Source: the human T2T-CHM13v2.0 reference genome, Homo sapiens. From it: a DNA stretch of 64,000 nt. Made by a program: the position numbers and the translations under genes. This document shows, piece by piece, positions 33,829-51,080 of this stretch (the first letter of the stretch is position 1; the number at the start of each line of letters is the position of its first letter). The stretch is taken from the NCBI RefSeq assembly GCF_009914755.1, contig NC_060947.1; one strand, written 5' to 3'. The notes beneath the pieces were generated by a model that was not told the DNA's origin, did not search any database, and was given only the letters and a program-made list of their open reading frames with translations.

Positions 33829-35554
33829 GAGTTCAACTTTTTTAGATCACACATGTAAGTGACATCATGTGGTATTTTTCTTTTCTGTGCCTAGCTTATT
33901 TCATTTATAGTAATGTTCTTCAGGTTCATCCGTGCTTATGTAAATGACAGGGTTTCCTTCTTTTTTAAAGGCTGAATAGTATTCCATTGCCTATACCACA
34001 TTTTCTTTATCTATTCATCAGTTTATAGACACTTAGGTTGATTACACATATTGGCTTTTGTGAATAATGCTGTAATTATTATACAAGTACACATACTTCT
34101 TTGACATACTGATTTCAAGTTCTTTGGATATATACCCAGTAGTGGGGTCGATCAACCATTTGGTATTTCTATTTTTAATTTTTTCAGGAACCTCCATACT
34201 AGCTTTGCAAATTTACATTCCCACCAATAGTGTGGAAGGATTCCCTTTTCTCCAAATCCTCACCAACAGTTATCTTCGGTCTTTTTGATAACAGACATTT
34301 TTAAAAGTGTGAGGTGATATCTCATTGTGGTTTTAATTTACATTTTTCTGATGATTAGTAATCTTGAGCATTTTAAAAATATAACTATTATCTAGCTGTA
34401 TGTCTTCTTTTGAGAAATGCCTATTCAAGTCCTTTGTGAATTTTTAAATTGGGTTGTTTTCTTGCTATTGAGTTGTTTGGGTTCCTTGTATAGTTTTTAT
34501 ATTAGCCTCTTATTAGATGGTTGGTTTGCAAATATGTTCTTTTATTCTATAGGTTGTCTCTTTGCTCTGTTGATTGTTTCCTTGGCTATCAAAAAGCTTT
34601 TTAGTTTGGTGTAATCCCATTTGTCTATTTGTACTCTTGTTGCCTATGCTTTTGGGATCATATTCAAATTACCTTTGTTTCACAGAGATTTTTTTCCCCA
34701 ATGTTTCATTTTAGTAGTTTTAGAATTTCAGGCATTACATTTAAACCTTTAATCCATTTTGAGTTGACCTTTGCATATGGTGTGAGATAAGGGTCTAACT
34801 TCATTTCTCTGTGTGTGGCTATCCAGTTTTCCCAACATCATTTGTTAAATAGGCTGTCCTTTCTTCATTGTGTGTTCTAGATACCTTTGTGGAAAATCAA
34901 TTAACCATAAATGCATGAATTTATTTTTGTGCTCTCTATTGTGTTAAATTGCTCTGTGTGTCTGTTTTATGCCAGTACCAAGCTGTTTTGGTTAATATAG
35001 TTCTAGAGCATATTTTGAAGTCAGGTAATACGATGCCTTCAGCTTTCTTCTTTTTGCTCAAGATTGCTTTGACATTCAGAGTATTTTGTGGTTCCATGTA
35101 AGTCTTAGGACTGTATCTTTTCTATTTCTATTAAAAATGACATTGGAATTTTGATAGAGTTTGCATTTAATCTGTACATCAGTTTGGGTGGCATGAACAT
35201 TTTAACAATATTAATTCTTCTAGCCATGAACAGTGGGTATCTTTCCATTTATTTGTGTCTTCAATTTCTTTATTTGGTATTTTATAGGTTTAGTGTACTA
35301 GTCTGTTATCCTCTTGGTTAAATTTATTCCTAAGTATTTTATTATTTTTTGTACTTATTGTGAATGGGATTGCTTTCTTGATTTCTTTTCCAGATAGTTC
35401 ATTGTTGATAAAGAAATGCAACTGATTTTTGCATGTTGACTTTGTCTCCTGCAACTTTACTAAATTTATTTGCTAGTTCTAACAGCTTTTTTCTTTTCTT
35501 TTCTTTTCTTTTTTGTAGGGTCTTTAGGGTTTTCTATATATAAGATCAGGCCAT

Positions 35555-35900
35555 AAAAAATGATGAGTTCATGTCCTTTGTAGGGACATGGATGAAATTG
35601 GAAATCATCATTCTCAGTAAACTATCACAAGAACAAAAAACCAAACGCTGCATATTCTCACTCATAGGTGGGAATTGAACAATGACAACACATGGACACA
35701 GGAAGGGGAACATCACACTCTGGGGCCTGTTGTGGGGTGGGAGGCTGGGGGAGGGATAGCATTAGGAGATATACCTAATGCTAAATGACGAGTTAATGGG
35801 TGCAGCACACCAGCATGGCACATGTATACATATGTAACTAACCTGCACATTGTGCACATGTACCCTAAAATTTAAAGTATAATAATAAAAAAAAAGAAAA
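35555..35900 (+). mobile_element. Short 5'-truncated L1PA2-like insertion
   Basis: L1 3' end with A tail; TSD aagatcaggccat at 35542-35554 and 35901-35913. Confidence 0.92.
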
Positions 35901-36360
35901 AAGATCAGGCCATCCATATGCAGGGAAAATTTAACTTCTTCCTTTCCAATTTGGATGCCCTTTATTTCTTTCTCTTGTTGAATTGCTCTGGATAGGTCTT
36001 CCAATACTGTAGTGAGAGTGGACATACCTGTCTTGCTGCTAACCTTGGAGAAAAAGCTTTTAACTTTTTACCACTGAGTATGATGTTAGCTGTGGGTTTG
36101 TCATATATGGCCTTTATTGTGATTGTAATTAGTTGAGAGGTTTTTTATCATGAAAGAATGTTGAATTTTGTCAAATGCTTTTTCTGCATCTACTGAGATG
36201 ACAACTTGGTTTTGGACTTCATTCTGTTAATGTGGTGTAGCATATTTATATATTTACACATGTTGAACCATCCTTTCATCCCTGGGATAAATCCCACTTG
36301 GTCAAGATGAGTATTTTTTTTAAGTTTATGATTTAACCCTTACAGCCATTGCCTGACGTG

Positions 36361-36361
36361 T

Positions 36362-36399
<38 letters not shown>

Positions 36400-37521
36400 G
36401 TGTATGTATATATATACACACTATGTATATATACACTATATATAGTGTATATATACACTAGTATATATAGACACACTATATATGCACTATATATAGTATG
36501 TATACACACTATATATAGTGTATATATGTACACTATATATAGTATACATACTATATATAGTATATATACTCTATATAGTATACACACTATATATGCATAT
36601 ATAGTGTATATATACACTATATATATACTATATATGCATATATAGTGTATATACACACTATATATACTATATATGCATATATAGTATATATACACTATAT
36701 ATACACTATATATACATATATAGTGTATATATACACTATATATACATATATAGTGTATATATACACTATATATGTATATATAGTGTATATATACACTATA
36801 TATACACTATATATGTATATATAGTGTATATATACATATATAGGTATAGTGTATATATACACTATATATACACTATATATGTATAGTATATATACACTAT
36901 ATATAGTATATATACACTATATATATAGTGTATATACACTATATATATAGTATATATACACTATATATATAGTATATATACACTATATATACACTATATA
37001 TGTATATATATACATATATAGTGTATATATAGTGTATATATACACTGTATATGTATATATAGTGTATATATACACTATATATACACTGTATATGTATATA
37101 TAGTGTATATATACACTATACACTGTATATGTATATATAGTGTATATATACACTATACACTGTATATGTATATATAGTGTATATATACACTATACACTGT
37201 ATATGTATATATAGTGTATATATACACTATACACTGTATATGTATATATAGTGTATATATACACTATACACTGTATATGTATATATAGTGTATATATACA
37301 CTATATATACACTATATAGTGTATATATAGTATATATATACTGTATATATATACTATATATACACTATATAGTGTATATATAGTATATATATACAGTATA
37401 TATATACTATATATGTATATATTTACACCATATATATACATATATATAGTATATAAATACTATAGTATATATACTATAGTACTATATATAGTGTATATAT
37501 ATATAGTGTATACATATATAC
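36361..37521. repeat. AT-rich compound tandem repeat (TA/CA; 37-bp units at 37084-37305)
   Basis: Units start at 37084, 37121, 37158, 37195, 37232 and 37269. Confidence 0.95.
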
Positions 37522-40293
37522 TTTAAGAAGTTCTGGGGAATGATTCTTTTAATGTACTGTTAACTTTGGTTTGCTAGAATTTTGTTGAGGATTTTTACAT
37601 CTATTTTGTTCATCAGGGATATTGGCCTGCAATTTTCTTTTCTTGTAGTGTATTTGCCTGTCTTTGGTATGAAGGTAATGCTGGCCATATAAAATGAGTT
37701 TGGAAGTATTCCCTTTTCAATTTTTTGGAAGAATTTGAGAATGATTGGTATTAGTTCTTCTTTAAGTGCTCGGTAGAATTCAACAGTGAAGACATCAGGT
37801 CCTGGGCTTTTCTTTGATGGGAGACTTTTTGTTACTGATTCAGCTCCTTATTCATTATTGGTCTGTTCAGATATTCCATTTCCTCATGATTCAGTCTTAG
37901 CAGGTGATGTATGTCTAGGAATTTATCTATTATTTCTAGATTATCAGTTTGTTGGCATACAATTGTTTATAGTAATCTGTTATGATTCTTTGTTTTTCTG
38001 TGATAACAGTTGTTAACATCTCCTGTTTCATTTTTTATTTTTTGTATTTGAGTCTTCTCTCCTTTTTCTTAGTCTAAAGGTTTGTCTATTTTGTTTATCT
38101 TTTGAAAAAAAAACACATCTTAGTTTTAATGATCTTTTCTATTGATTTTTAAGTTCCCTATTTCATGTATTTCTGCTCTGATCTTTAGTCTTTGCTTCTT
38201 TCTAGTAACTTTGGGCTTAGTTCTTCTTTTTCTAAGTTCCTCAAGGCATAAAGTTAGATTGCTTATTTGAGATCTTTATTCTTTTTTGATGTAGGTGTTT
38301 ATTGCTATAACCTTCCTTCTTCTTAGAACTGCTTTGGCTGCAACTCATAAGTTTTGGTACACTGTAGGTCTATTTTTGTCTCAAGATATTTTAAATTTCC
38401 CTTTTAATTTCTCCTTTGACTTATTGGTTGTTCAGGAGAATGTTGTTTAATTTTCATGTATTTGTGAATTTTCCAAAATCATTCTCTTTATTGCTTTCTA
38501 GTTTCATACTATTGTGGTTGGGAAAGATACTCGATATAATTTTTCTTTTTAAGTTTGGATGAACTTCCTGGTTTTATCCCTAGATCTCTTACCTTTCCTT
38601 TCACATTCTTTTTTTTCTGCTCTACTTATAGACTGATTTCCTTTAATTTATTTTCCTACTTCTCTATTGAAATTTTTATTTTGGCAATTCTTTTTATTTT
38701 CAATACCTCTTCCTTATTCTCTGATTTATTTTTATATAGCATCCTGTTCTTATTTTATTAATATATTTACAAATCTAAAGTAAAAGTCTTGTTTTTCTTA
38801 CGTTCTCTTTAATTCCCTAAATTATGTCTGTCCCCTCAAGGTGAGGTGTTCCTTTTTAGTTTATTTGCCTGTTTTTGTTTTAATCTTTGCTCTTCTCTTT
38901 CACATTGCAAACTTTTAACTGGTGATCCTTGATATCCCAGTATTATTTGGTAACAGAGAAGATGTCTGTTTGCTCATGTAGCTAACCTGAGCTTGTTGAT
39001 TGGTGGGCTGTGATTTAGGATGATTAGGTAAAGTAGGTCATTTTGAGGGGATACTTCAAAATGTCAGTATGCAAAAACTTTCCTCTAGGGATGCTCAGCT
39101 TCTTTAGAAGAGCAACCCTGCTGTTTTTTCCTGGAGAGTATACATCTGGCTAGAGACATTTCACATATTGAGCAGGCTCTGGAGTCTGGAGTACTCTGTA
39201 CACAGACTTTTGTTTTATTCTCTATTGTATCTAGCGCTTCCTAACACTGAATTTCTCCCGGGTTATGTTTTACTGCAGTTCGATAAATCAGTTATTATAA
39301 CCTCCATCAATGTTCATTCTTCTATAGCTATGTTAATATCTCTTGTCTGACTGACATCCCTTGTCCTTCTCACCTGTTACTTGTGGTTTTATACCTGTTT
39401 TATTCCTTTACTCTCATTTTAGCGGAATCTTCAAAGGAAGCAGTGATAAAAACATGTGGTTGATCATCAAAAACCCACAGTTCATCTATTGTCTAGAGTG
39501 CAATTACAGGGTAGTCAGTTATCTTCATTTAAAAATGAGGTTTTATTTCTGTATCTTCTTTTTTTCCTTTCTAATGTTTCCTCTCACATTTTATCTAATG
39601 CCTGATCATAATACAGATCAAAAATAAATCTTAAAATCAGTTATATTATTTTAAAACTGTTTTATGCTCACCCATTCCAGCTTTAGGAAGCAAAAAGGTT
39701 TAATATGTCTCCCTAATGGAAGAAAAAAGAAACTAAGTTATTATTAAATTCTAATATTTTCCCTTCCAATGCACTTCAAATTTTTTTCTGTTGATCTCAC
39801 TATTAGTTGCTCCGTATTGTAGCGGTGCAGACAAAGCAGAGCACCTGTACATTAGAGATCCATTTTTCTGCATTCCATCTTTTTTTCAATTCTCATAATA
39901 TGCTTCTTGAGATAACTTAAATGGACTGACCATAGAGACTAAAGAGGAAGACTGAGATCACTATCTTTGCAAAATAGTTTTATAATATTCTTTTTGTTCT
40001 CTCTATTTAAAATTTTAGCACTTTTTAAATGGAGAAATGGTCATCATTTCTGATGTCTAGCTCTAGAGTTTCTAACAATCTATTTAAGTCCTCTCTCTGT
40101 CTTCAAACCACTTCCACTCCTCTTACTGGCCATAAAAAAAAATCTGTCTCATTTTTTATAAAACATCATGGAAGCCTTGCAGCTATCTAAAAATAGCAAT
40201 AATCATCCCCCTGAGGCATTTGTCCCTCCTCTACTGTAGTAACCAAACTGGAACAGTGTACTCTAAACACGGGCCAACCAGTACATAATAAAA

Positions 40294-40403
40294 AGGGCTT
40301 ATCCTCTCACTAGTTCTAGGTGATTCTTAACTTAGACCCAAATCAAATAGGGCTTATGCTCTCACTAGTTCTAGGTGATTCTTAACTCAGACCCAAATCA
40401 AAT
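40294..40403. repeat. 55-bp tandem duplication (53/55 identical)
   Basis: 40294-40348 versus 40349-40403. Confidence 0.95.
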
Positions 40404-40810
40404 TGAGCTTTTCCAGAGTTGTAGCACAAAGTAGGCGTACATTAGATTTGCATTTTCTTCATATCCTAGCATTTTATTTTCAATGTTTAATTGTTAAGCT
40501 TTTTTAATCCCAGGTCTATTTTTTTGTACCTATGTGTAAGAATCTGTATTTGATTTAGCAAATGTTAATATTTTAATTTAAGCTTGTCCTTTCAAATTTA
40601 GAAATCCTCTTTGATTCCTAATTCAGAAAATACTCATTCCCCAACCAATATTCATTAATACCAGCTTATAAATTTGAGTCTTCTACCCTATATGTCTTCA
40701 TCTGAGTCATTAATAACAACATTTGAAAAAGCAGGGTCAAAGACAAAGTCCTGTAGTGTAACCCCAGGGACCTCCATTCAGTTTGGTGTCTGTCAGTCCA
40801 TCAGTCAATT

Positions 40811-41508
<698 letters not shown>

Positions 41509-42664
41509 TGCTTCCTTTTCTTCAAGGAGGTATAATTTTTTAAAAGTTAGTCAAATATTTTATTAAAATCTATGACATTTTCTGGTCCACTAGTCCAATA
41601 AACTGTTGACAAATGCTCATGAGGTTAGATAATTTCTCATTAGTGAACTCAAGCTGTATATCACTGATTGCTGCTAACTGCTCCTAAAATATCTATCTGT
41701 TTAATAATGTATTTTAGGGAACTTCCAGTTTAATATGTCAGAGTAAGGATACCTTTGTTCACTTTTCCTCTCTGCAACCAACCAAAAACAGTAAGATGAG
41801 AAATAAAAACCAGAACTCTATCTTTGGTGAAACTTAACAGCTTTTATAACCTTAATCCCAAGAAGTAAGGGCTCGGAAGTGAAGTGAAAGTGAAGCGCAG
41901 TGAAAATCAGATCAGGGTGAAGATGACACTGAGGATACCTGCTGCTCTAGATTTCAGGTCAAGGATAGTGTCCCAAAAGTGTGTGGCATGACCTGACAAA
42001 GGAAAGAAACAATCCCTGTTTTGAAATAAAATCAGTTTTCAAACTGGTAATGAGAACATCCTGGAACTCTGACTACCACATAGTGGCAGAGGAGACAGAG
42101 ACTGCAAAATTAAAGAATATAATACTATACACGCATACACATGCACAAGCACATACACAAACACACACAGAGACATGCACACAGACACCTGTATCAACAT
42201 AGAGGGATTTCCTGTGAACAAGGGAAAGTTCTTACTAGTCAGAAGTAGAATCACAACTACAAGGAAGACTACTCATAAGAGATTATATAGACAACAAGTG
42301 ATGCTCAAACTACTCTACTACTCATTCTCAGCTACTCATTACTATCCTGCTAACTCTCTCAGTTACTCCCCCAATGATATTTCCATACATAACAAGAGTA
42401 GTAAAAATTTCTCTAATGCAACTTCAAGTAAGAATTGAAGACAAACTATCATGCGATTAACACAAACTTTGTTACAAAAGGAAGAAAATGACCTATTGAG
42501 TATTGTAATAAATGTCTTAATGGAGTCATCAGAAAAAGAGAATGTGACCCATGGATTGTACAATAGCTCAACTATTATTTAAGTATAAACACAATAGACA
42601 ATGATTTTATACATTCAAAACAGAAGGAAATATGGTTCCCATGAGACCATCTTAAAGAAACTTA

Positions 42665-42860
42665 TAGAAGATAGCTACACACACTGGGGCCTTTGGGAAG
42701 GTGGGGGGAAGAAGGAGGGAGAGGATCATTAAAAATAACTCATGAATACTAGGTTTAATATCTGGGTGATAAAATAATCTGTACAGCATACAGCCAACCC
42801 CCATGACACAAGTTTACCTATATAACAAACCTGCACTTGTACCCCTGAACTTAAAAAAAG
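42665..42860 (+). mobile_element. Old L1PA/PB 3' end
   Basis: 'catgacacaagtttacctatataacaaacctgcacttgtacccctgaacttaaaa'. Confidence 0.85.
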
Positions 42861-44175
42861 GAATTGATGTAAATATACAATGAATAGAAATGATAGATAA
42901 AAGGACGATTTTAAGAAAAGAACCCATTTAAATGTAGAACTATGACTAAACAATTATAGGATTTACAGTTGCATGGGAGGATGTAAGTGTTATAAAATGT
43001 AATAAGGGAGCAATAGTAGTATAGCAAACAGAAATTAGGAGATGATAGGAACTGGTAGAGAGAAGGAGAGGTAGGAGTGGGCATGTACTGATTTCCTTAT
43101 ATTCTTCCTGGGTGGGGGGCTAACAGACCCTGTTCCTAGCTGATAAACCAAGTTATAGAGGAATAAATATATTTTAAGGGTACAAAAGTAACAACTAGAT
43201 TAAGCACAATAAAACCAAGCAAAAAATCCTATGGTAGAGTAGATTAAGGAAGTAGAACTACACTTATCTCTTCATAATTTATAGCAAGGAGTTAATAAAT
43301 TTTATCTAAATAGTTAAAAATTGTTCAAAAATTTTGCCAACTCACCAATCTATACTCTATGCAATACATATTTTCTCCTAATTTGAAAAATCATTATCGT
43401 TTCTCTTCTCCATGATTATTTGAGGAGTACCAGGATGGTCCTGAGATCACATTTGCCAGTTCCTCTTAGCATATTTTGATAATCTTCATCTAGTTCTAGC
43501 GACCTGAACTTATTTAAAGCAGCCAGGGACAACAATCTTAATTTCACTGTATTCATGTTTTATTCCTATCAATTTAGTTGGTTTAATGATTTTAATCTCT
43601 CTTCTTCCTTCCCATCAATGCACCAATCCAATCAACATTTATTCAGCTTTTACTGTGAGTCAGATGCTAGGCAAGGATGTTGGCTAGCTAGAAATAAGAG
43701 GCAGACAAGCTCTTGCCCTCAAAATGTTCACAGTCTAGTGAGAGGAAGACAAAAACTAATATGAATAAATTATTTTAATATCAGGAGCACCCATGCCTCA
43801 ATCAAAGATAAATCTGTGAATGATTCCAGAAAGGCTCTATGGAGAAAGTAGCATTTCAGTTGGGACTTGAAGAATGAGTAGGTCTTTAACAGGCATGGGA
43901 AAAAACAAAGAGCATTCCAGGTACAGAAAGCAAAATAAGCAGACACAGAAAGAAAGATGATCATTTTGTTTTGACTGTAATTTGAATATACTGGGAAGAG
44001 GGGCAGAGATGGCCTTAGAGATTGTACTCTGGGTTGAAGATAGAGTCCAAGCCTTTGAGTGACTTTGTAAGTACCAATGGGTGCCCCTTGAGTCTAGCAG
44101 CATCACATTTAGGTTTGATCCTTCACCACAAGACATCAACCCTCCATGATACCTGCCCTCTTTTCTTTGCCCTCA

Positions 44176-44727
<552 letters not shown>

Positions 44728-45519
44728 CTAGTAACCAGCCCATCCCAATTGGCAGAAGACTATATAGGCATCTGCAATGGATTACATTTAATTGTTGTCC
44801 TCTAGCTTCTGCTTAAACATTTCCATTAAAGAGCAGGTAGTCCATTTCATTGTAAGAGAGCATTTTAATTAGAAAAAAAAAAACTAGCTCACGAACTGAA
44901 ATCTGGCTTCTTCTAGCTACTGGTCCACAGACCGATCTTGGAGTGTCTTCTGTAGCCATGCAAGGGAAAAAAAATCTGCTCCTTACTCTCCAGAACAGAC
45001 CTTCAGAGACCTAAAAAGGGTGATGGCTCCTTGCGAAACTGCTCATCTTCAGAATGAACATGGAGATTCAAGTTCACCTCATGAACTCCTTTTCTTGTTT
45101 ACTTCCTTCCCTAACCTATTTTTTTTTCTTTTTTCTTTTTTTTTCTTTTCTGAATAGCCCAGAACTGAGCCCAAGACTCAGGACATGGTCGGAATTCAGT
45201 AAGATGCTTACTTCCTTAATTTTGGACAGTCTTCTGATAATGCAGCAAACTATCGTGGAAAGTGGTTCTGTAGCTGCGTCACACACTAGGTCCCTATTGG
45301 GCTTTGTGAACGATGAAAACTATTCCGAAATCTGTTTCTTGTGAGTTTTTGCCAAATCCAAGCTTGTCTTTAGACCAATTGATTCTTTTTTGGGGGGAGT
45401 GTTATTCTAAATTCAAGGCTTTATTTACATTTAAATTATATTTTACATTTTTTCTAATCTTTTCATATTTTAGATATGCATGTGAATATATATATATATA
45501 TAATATAAAATTGTGATTA

Positions 45520-45770
45520 ACGGTATAAGCTTTAGAGTCAGAATGAACTAGGCTGAAAACTGAGCAACCTCACCTACTAGTAATATGACCTTGAATAAGG
45601 TGTTTTACCCCAGAGAGCCTCAGTTTATCATGTGTAAAAGGGGGGTAATAACACCAGATAATACAGAGATTTGTTAGGGATTGAAGATTATGTATATATA
45701 TACACATATACATAAAGTCTATAGTATAATACCTGACACAGAGTAATCATTCCATAAATAGTAGCTTCTA
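45520..45770 (+). mobile_element. MIR
   Basis: 'gctttagagtcaga...tgaccttgaataag...gagcctcagttt'. Confidence 0.7.
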
Positions 45771-47764
45771 TAATTAACATGACTATTGTCTTTACTGTTG
45801 TTAGAACAATAGTGTTGTCATACTATATAATTATAATAGTATAAGTATAATCAATGTTAACAACAATATTATCATAATAATTTTACAATTGCTAGTGATG
45901 TTTTTCTAGTCTCAATGAGTACTACACTAGAAGTTAGATGTTCTGAGTGCTCCCACTTACTTGATTTATATCTTAGGCAATTTCTTTATTCTCTCTGTGC
46001 CTCCATTTTGCCCATCTATGAATATTCCCTACTGTCTCTGTCCCCCAGGATTTTGATAAAGCAGTAGATGTACAAAGTCATTCAAACTTGAGGAAGGGGA
46101 AATGGTCAGAATGTCTTTCTTAGCGTTGGCATGCTGAAGAGGATGGAGAAAGTGAGCCTCCTTAGCCTGGGTCAAGTGGGGCATGGAATGAATTTCTAAT
46201 GAGGTGAAAGAGGCTATATGCGAAATCAAGCAGAGAAGGCACTGTGTCCATTAACTTTACCCAGAGGGTCAGCCATGTGTGCTGAAGCCTCTGGGGCTTC
46301 CTTTTCTATCTTGGTCTGCCGTAGTACCTTACTTATATATTTGCTATATAAATGAAAATCCAGACTGCAAAAGACTCCGTACAATTTCAACAGAAATACC
46401 CTAAAGGAGTACCTTTGCACCAACTAGGCAGGGAGTCATCAAGGCTGATTAGCCGAAACACATTTTACGCCATGTGAGGAATCTGCCACATAGCTAATAC
46501 TTATTAACAAACTCTCTGAATCTGTAACCTGGTAATCTCTGACAATGGATCCAGGCCTTGAAAACCTTCAGATCATACCAACCAAGTAGTTACTTAATGG
46601 GAGAAACAAGCTACTTTATTAATGGTTATTAGCAAATGCAGTTGTCCACTCTGACACATTCATAGCAGTGTGCTGCTAGTGCTTAGATGGAGAGAACTGT
46701 ATTGCAACATAAGTGTTTCTGTGCCATATCTCAGTAGAGATTTTTGGAGCTCTAGTCTCTAGGGCTTAATTAAAACTGTCAACTTTTTGAAAGCTCTTAG
46801 CTAGTCAGAGCTGGTAGGGCCCTCAATCAAGCCTTTGGTACGCTTCATGGATGGACAAAGAGATTCTTGGCATTTTAAAAGATATTCAGCCTGTCACCAG
46901 TGCTTCTCTTTCAAGACTAGAAAACATTTCTGAAAAGGCTTAGGTAGAACTGACTGTCCTCCCTCGTCTCCTTTGAGCACTTCTAGTGCACTTACGTGAT
47001 GACATGTGTCTCTTATACCAAACCACATCTGTGATGAGTGGAAAGGACTTTAATTCTCAGGCACAGCCAAGTAGCCCACTGTACCACATTTGTTCCTATC
47101 AGAGTTAATAATGTTCTTTTCTTACGGTAATTATTAAATATATTATTATTATTATTAATGTAGCTCTTATTGTCTTCTTTTCTCCAACACTGCTAACTGT
47201 TTTGTGCCTTATACAGAGTTAAGCCCTAAAGATAAAAAATTTAGATATTTCAGACCACAGCATTCAAAATGAGCACCCATTCTCCCTCCCCTTAGGAGAT
47301 AATCAGAATTAATCACATTTCATATATCTGTTTACCTCAGACACTACCACAAGGGCAAGGATATTTGTTAATTCACTTTCAGTCAGGCTTAATTCTGTTT
47401 TACAAAGTCCTATCTGACCTTATCACCCATATACTTATGAACCCTTTATCGCAAACTCTTCTTACTGCCCAACTCTGCTACTGTATAACTGGTGAGTCCA
47501 CCTATTTTCTCAACCTCTTCTCTGAATGCATAACCCCCTTTTGGTCTTAACTGAAACCTGACTCTCCTCTTGAATACACTGTTTTGGTTCTCAAAATGTG
47601 GTTGATAATTCAGAATCAAGAGCTCAAGAAGTGCAATCCATATTTTCTTTGATGTCTAGCGCTTCTTAGACCATTACCGGATCACAGTGTTGTTGTAACC
47701 TGAGCTCTTTGGAGACATCTACCATCTGGTGATACCCCTTTCTGCCCTTTCTCATAAGTATCAT

Positions 47765-49380
<1,616 letters not shown>

Positions 49381-49382
49381 AA

Positions 49383-49673
<291 letters not shown>

Positions 49674-50003
49674 TGTCTACTTTGTTCTTTTTTAGAAGGA
49701 TATATTGGCTATTCTTGCTTTTTTTCTTACATAAACAATTCTGCAATCATTTTTTATATAAACATTTTAACATGCAGGTTCTCACATCAATGCAATTAAT
49801 GTAAATATAAATTCTAAATTAATGTGAGGCCAAGTTTGAATTAGCAAATGAATTATCAAGGAATCTCATATTTCACACAAAGCCCAGGCCAAAAAAAACA
49901 TGCTTCTTTATTGTCTCTCTGCACTAGTAAGTGTATTTTTCTAGTACTCCCTTGCATTGAAAGCGTAACTGTTCAATGATATTGAATTCATGGGAAGTGT
50001 CCT

Positions 50004-50512
50004 TGTATTAATTTCCTTTGGTTTATGTAACAAATTATCAAAAATTTAGTTGCCTAAAACAATTAAATGCCTTCTTACAATTCTTGATGCTAGAAGGCTG
50101 AAATTAGTTTCACTGGTCCAGTGTCAAGGTGTCAGCAGGGTTGCACTCCCTCTGGAGGCTCTAAAGGAATAATCTATTACCTTTTTCAGCTTCTAGAGCT
50201 GTATGACGGATTCCTTCACTCATGATCCCCTTCCTCTTTCTTCAAATCCGACAGCAGAGCATGTTCAAATCTTTCCTCCTTCTGTCATCACATTGCTTTC
50301 TCCTCCATAGTCAAATCTCCTTCTGCCTGATTCTTATAAGGATACTGTGATTGCATTTAGGCCCCATTCCAGATAATTCAGAATAATCTCTCCATCTCAA
50401 GATCTTTTATTTAATCACAACTACAAAGTTATTTTTGCTGTATAGGTCACACTCCCAAGTTCCAGGGACTAGAATATGGGTATCTTTGGGGACCGTTATT
50501 CTGCCTACCACA
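50004..50512 (-). mobile_element. MLT1D-like LTR
   Basis: Same termini as the element at 12048 (...attctgcctaccaca). Confidence 0.8.
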
Positions 50513-50716
50513 ATCTTAGTTGTAAATGCCTTTCTTTAAAAAGTCAAACTCTTGTTTACCAAGACCAGGAGTCCATCTGCTTATCTTCCTGCCATAACAG
50601 TACAGTTAATGGGATTGACACTCAATTTTCAGTTTCTTCTTTCATTTGGGCCCCTGTGTATTTCCTTTAATTTCTTTTAAGCTCACGTTAAGACATTAGC
50701 TTAAAAGAATGGTTTC

Positions 50717-51080
50717 GGCCGGGTGCTGTGGCTCACACCTGTAATCCCAGCACTTTGGGAGGCTGAGATGGGCGGATCATCTAAAAAGTCAGGAGTTGGA
50801 GACCAGCCTGGCCAACATGTTGAAACCCTGTCTCTACTAAAAATACAAAAAAAAAAAAAAAATAGCCAGGCGTGGTGGTGGGTGCCTGTAATCCCAGCTA
50901 CTCGGGAGGCTGAGGCAGGAGAATCGCTTGAACCTGAGAGGCGGGGGGTTGCAGTGAGCCGAGAACGCTCTATTGAACTCCAGCCTGGGCAACAAGAGTG
51001 AAACTCCGTCTCAAAAAAAAAGAAAAAAAAAAAAAGAAAGAAAGAAAGGAAGGAAGGAAGGAAGAAGGAAGGAAAAATGA
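50717..51080 (+). mobile_element. AluSq/Sp-like with tail turned into (GAAA)(GGAA) repeat
   Basis: TSD aaaagaatggtttc at 50703-50716 and 51081-51094. Confidence 0.93.

Noticed and set aside
36333-36695. Tyr/Ile-rich ORFs
   Set aside because: Translation of the TA-rich repeat
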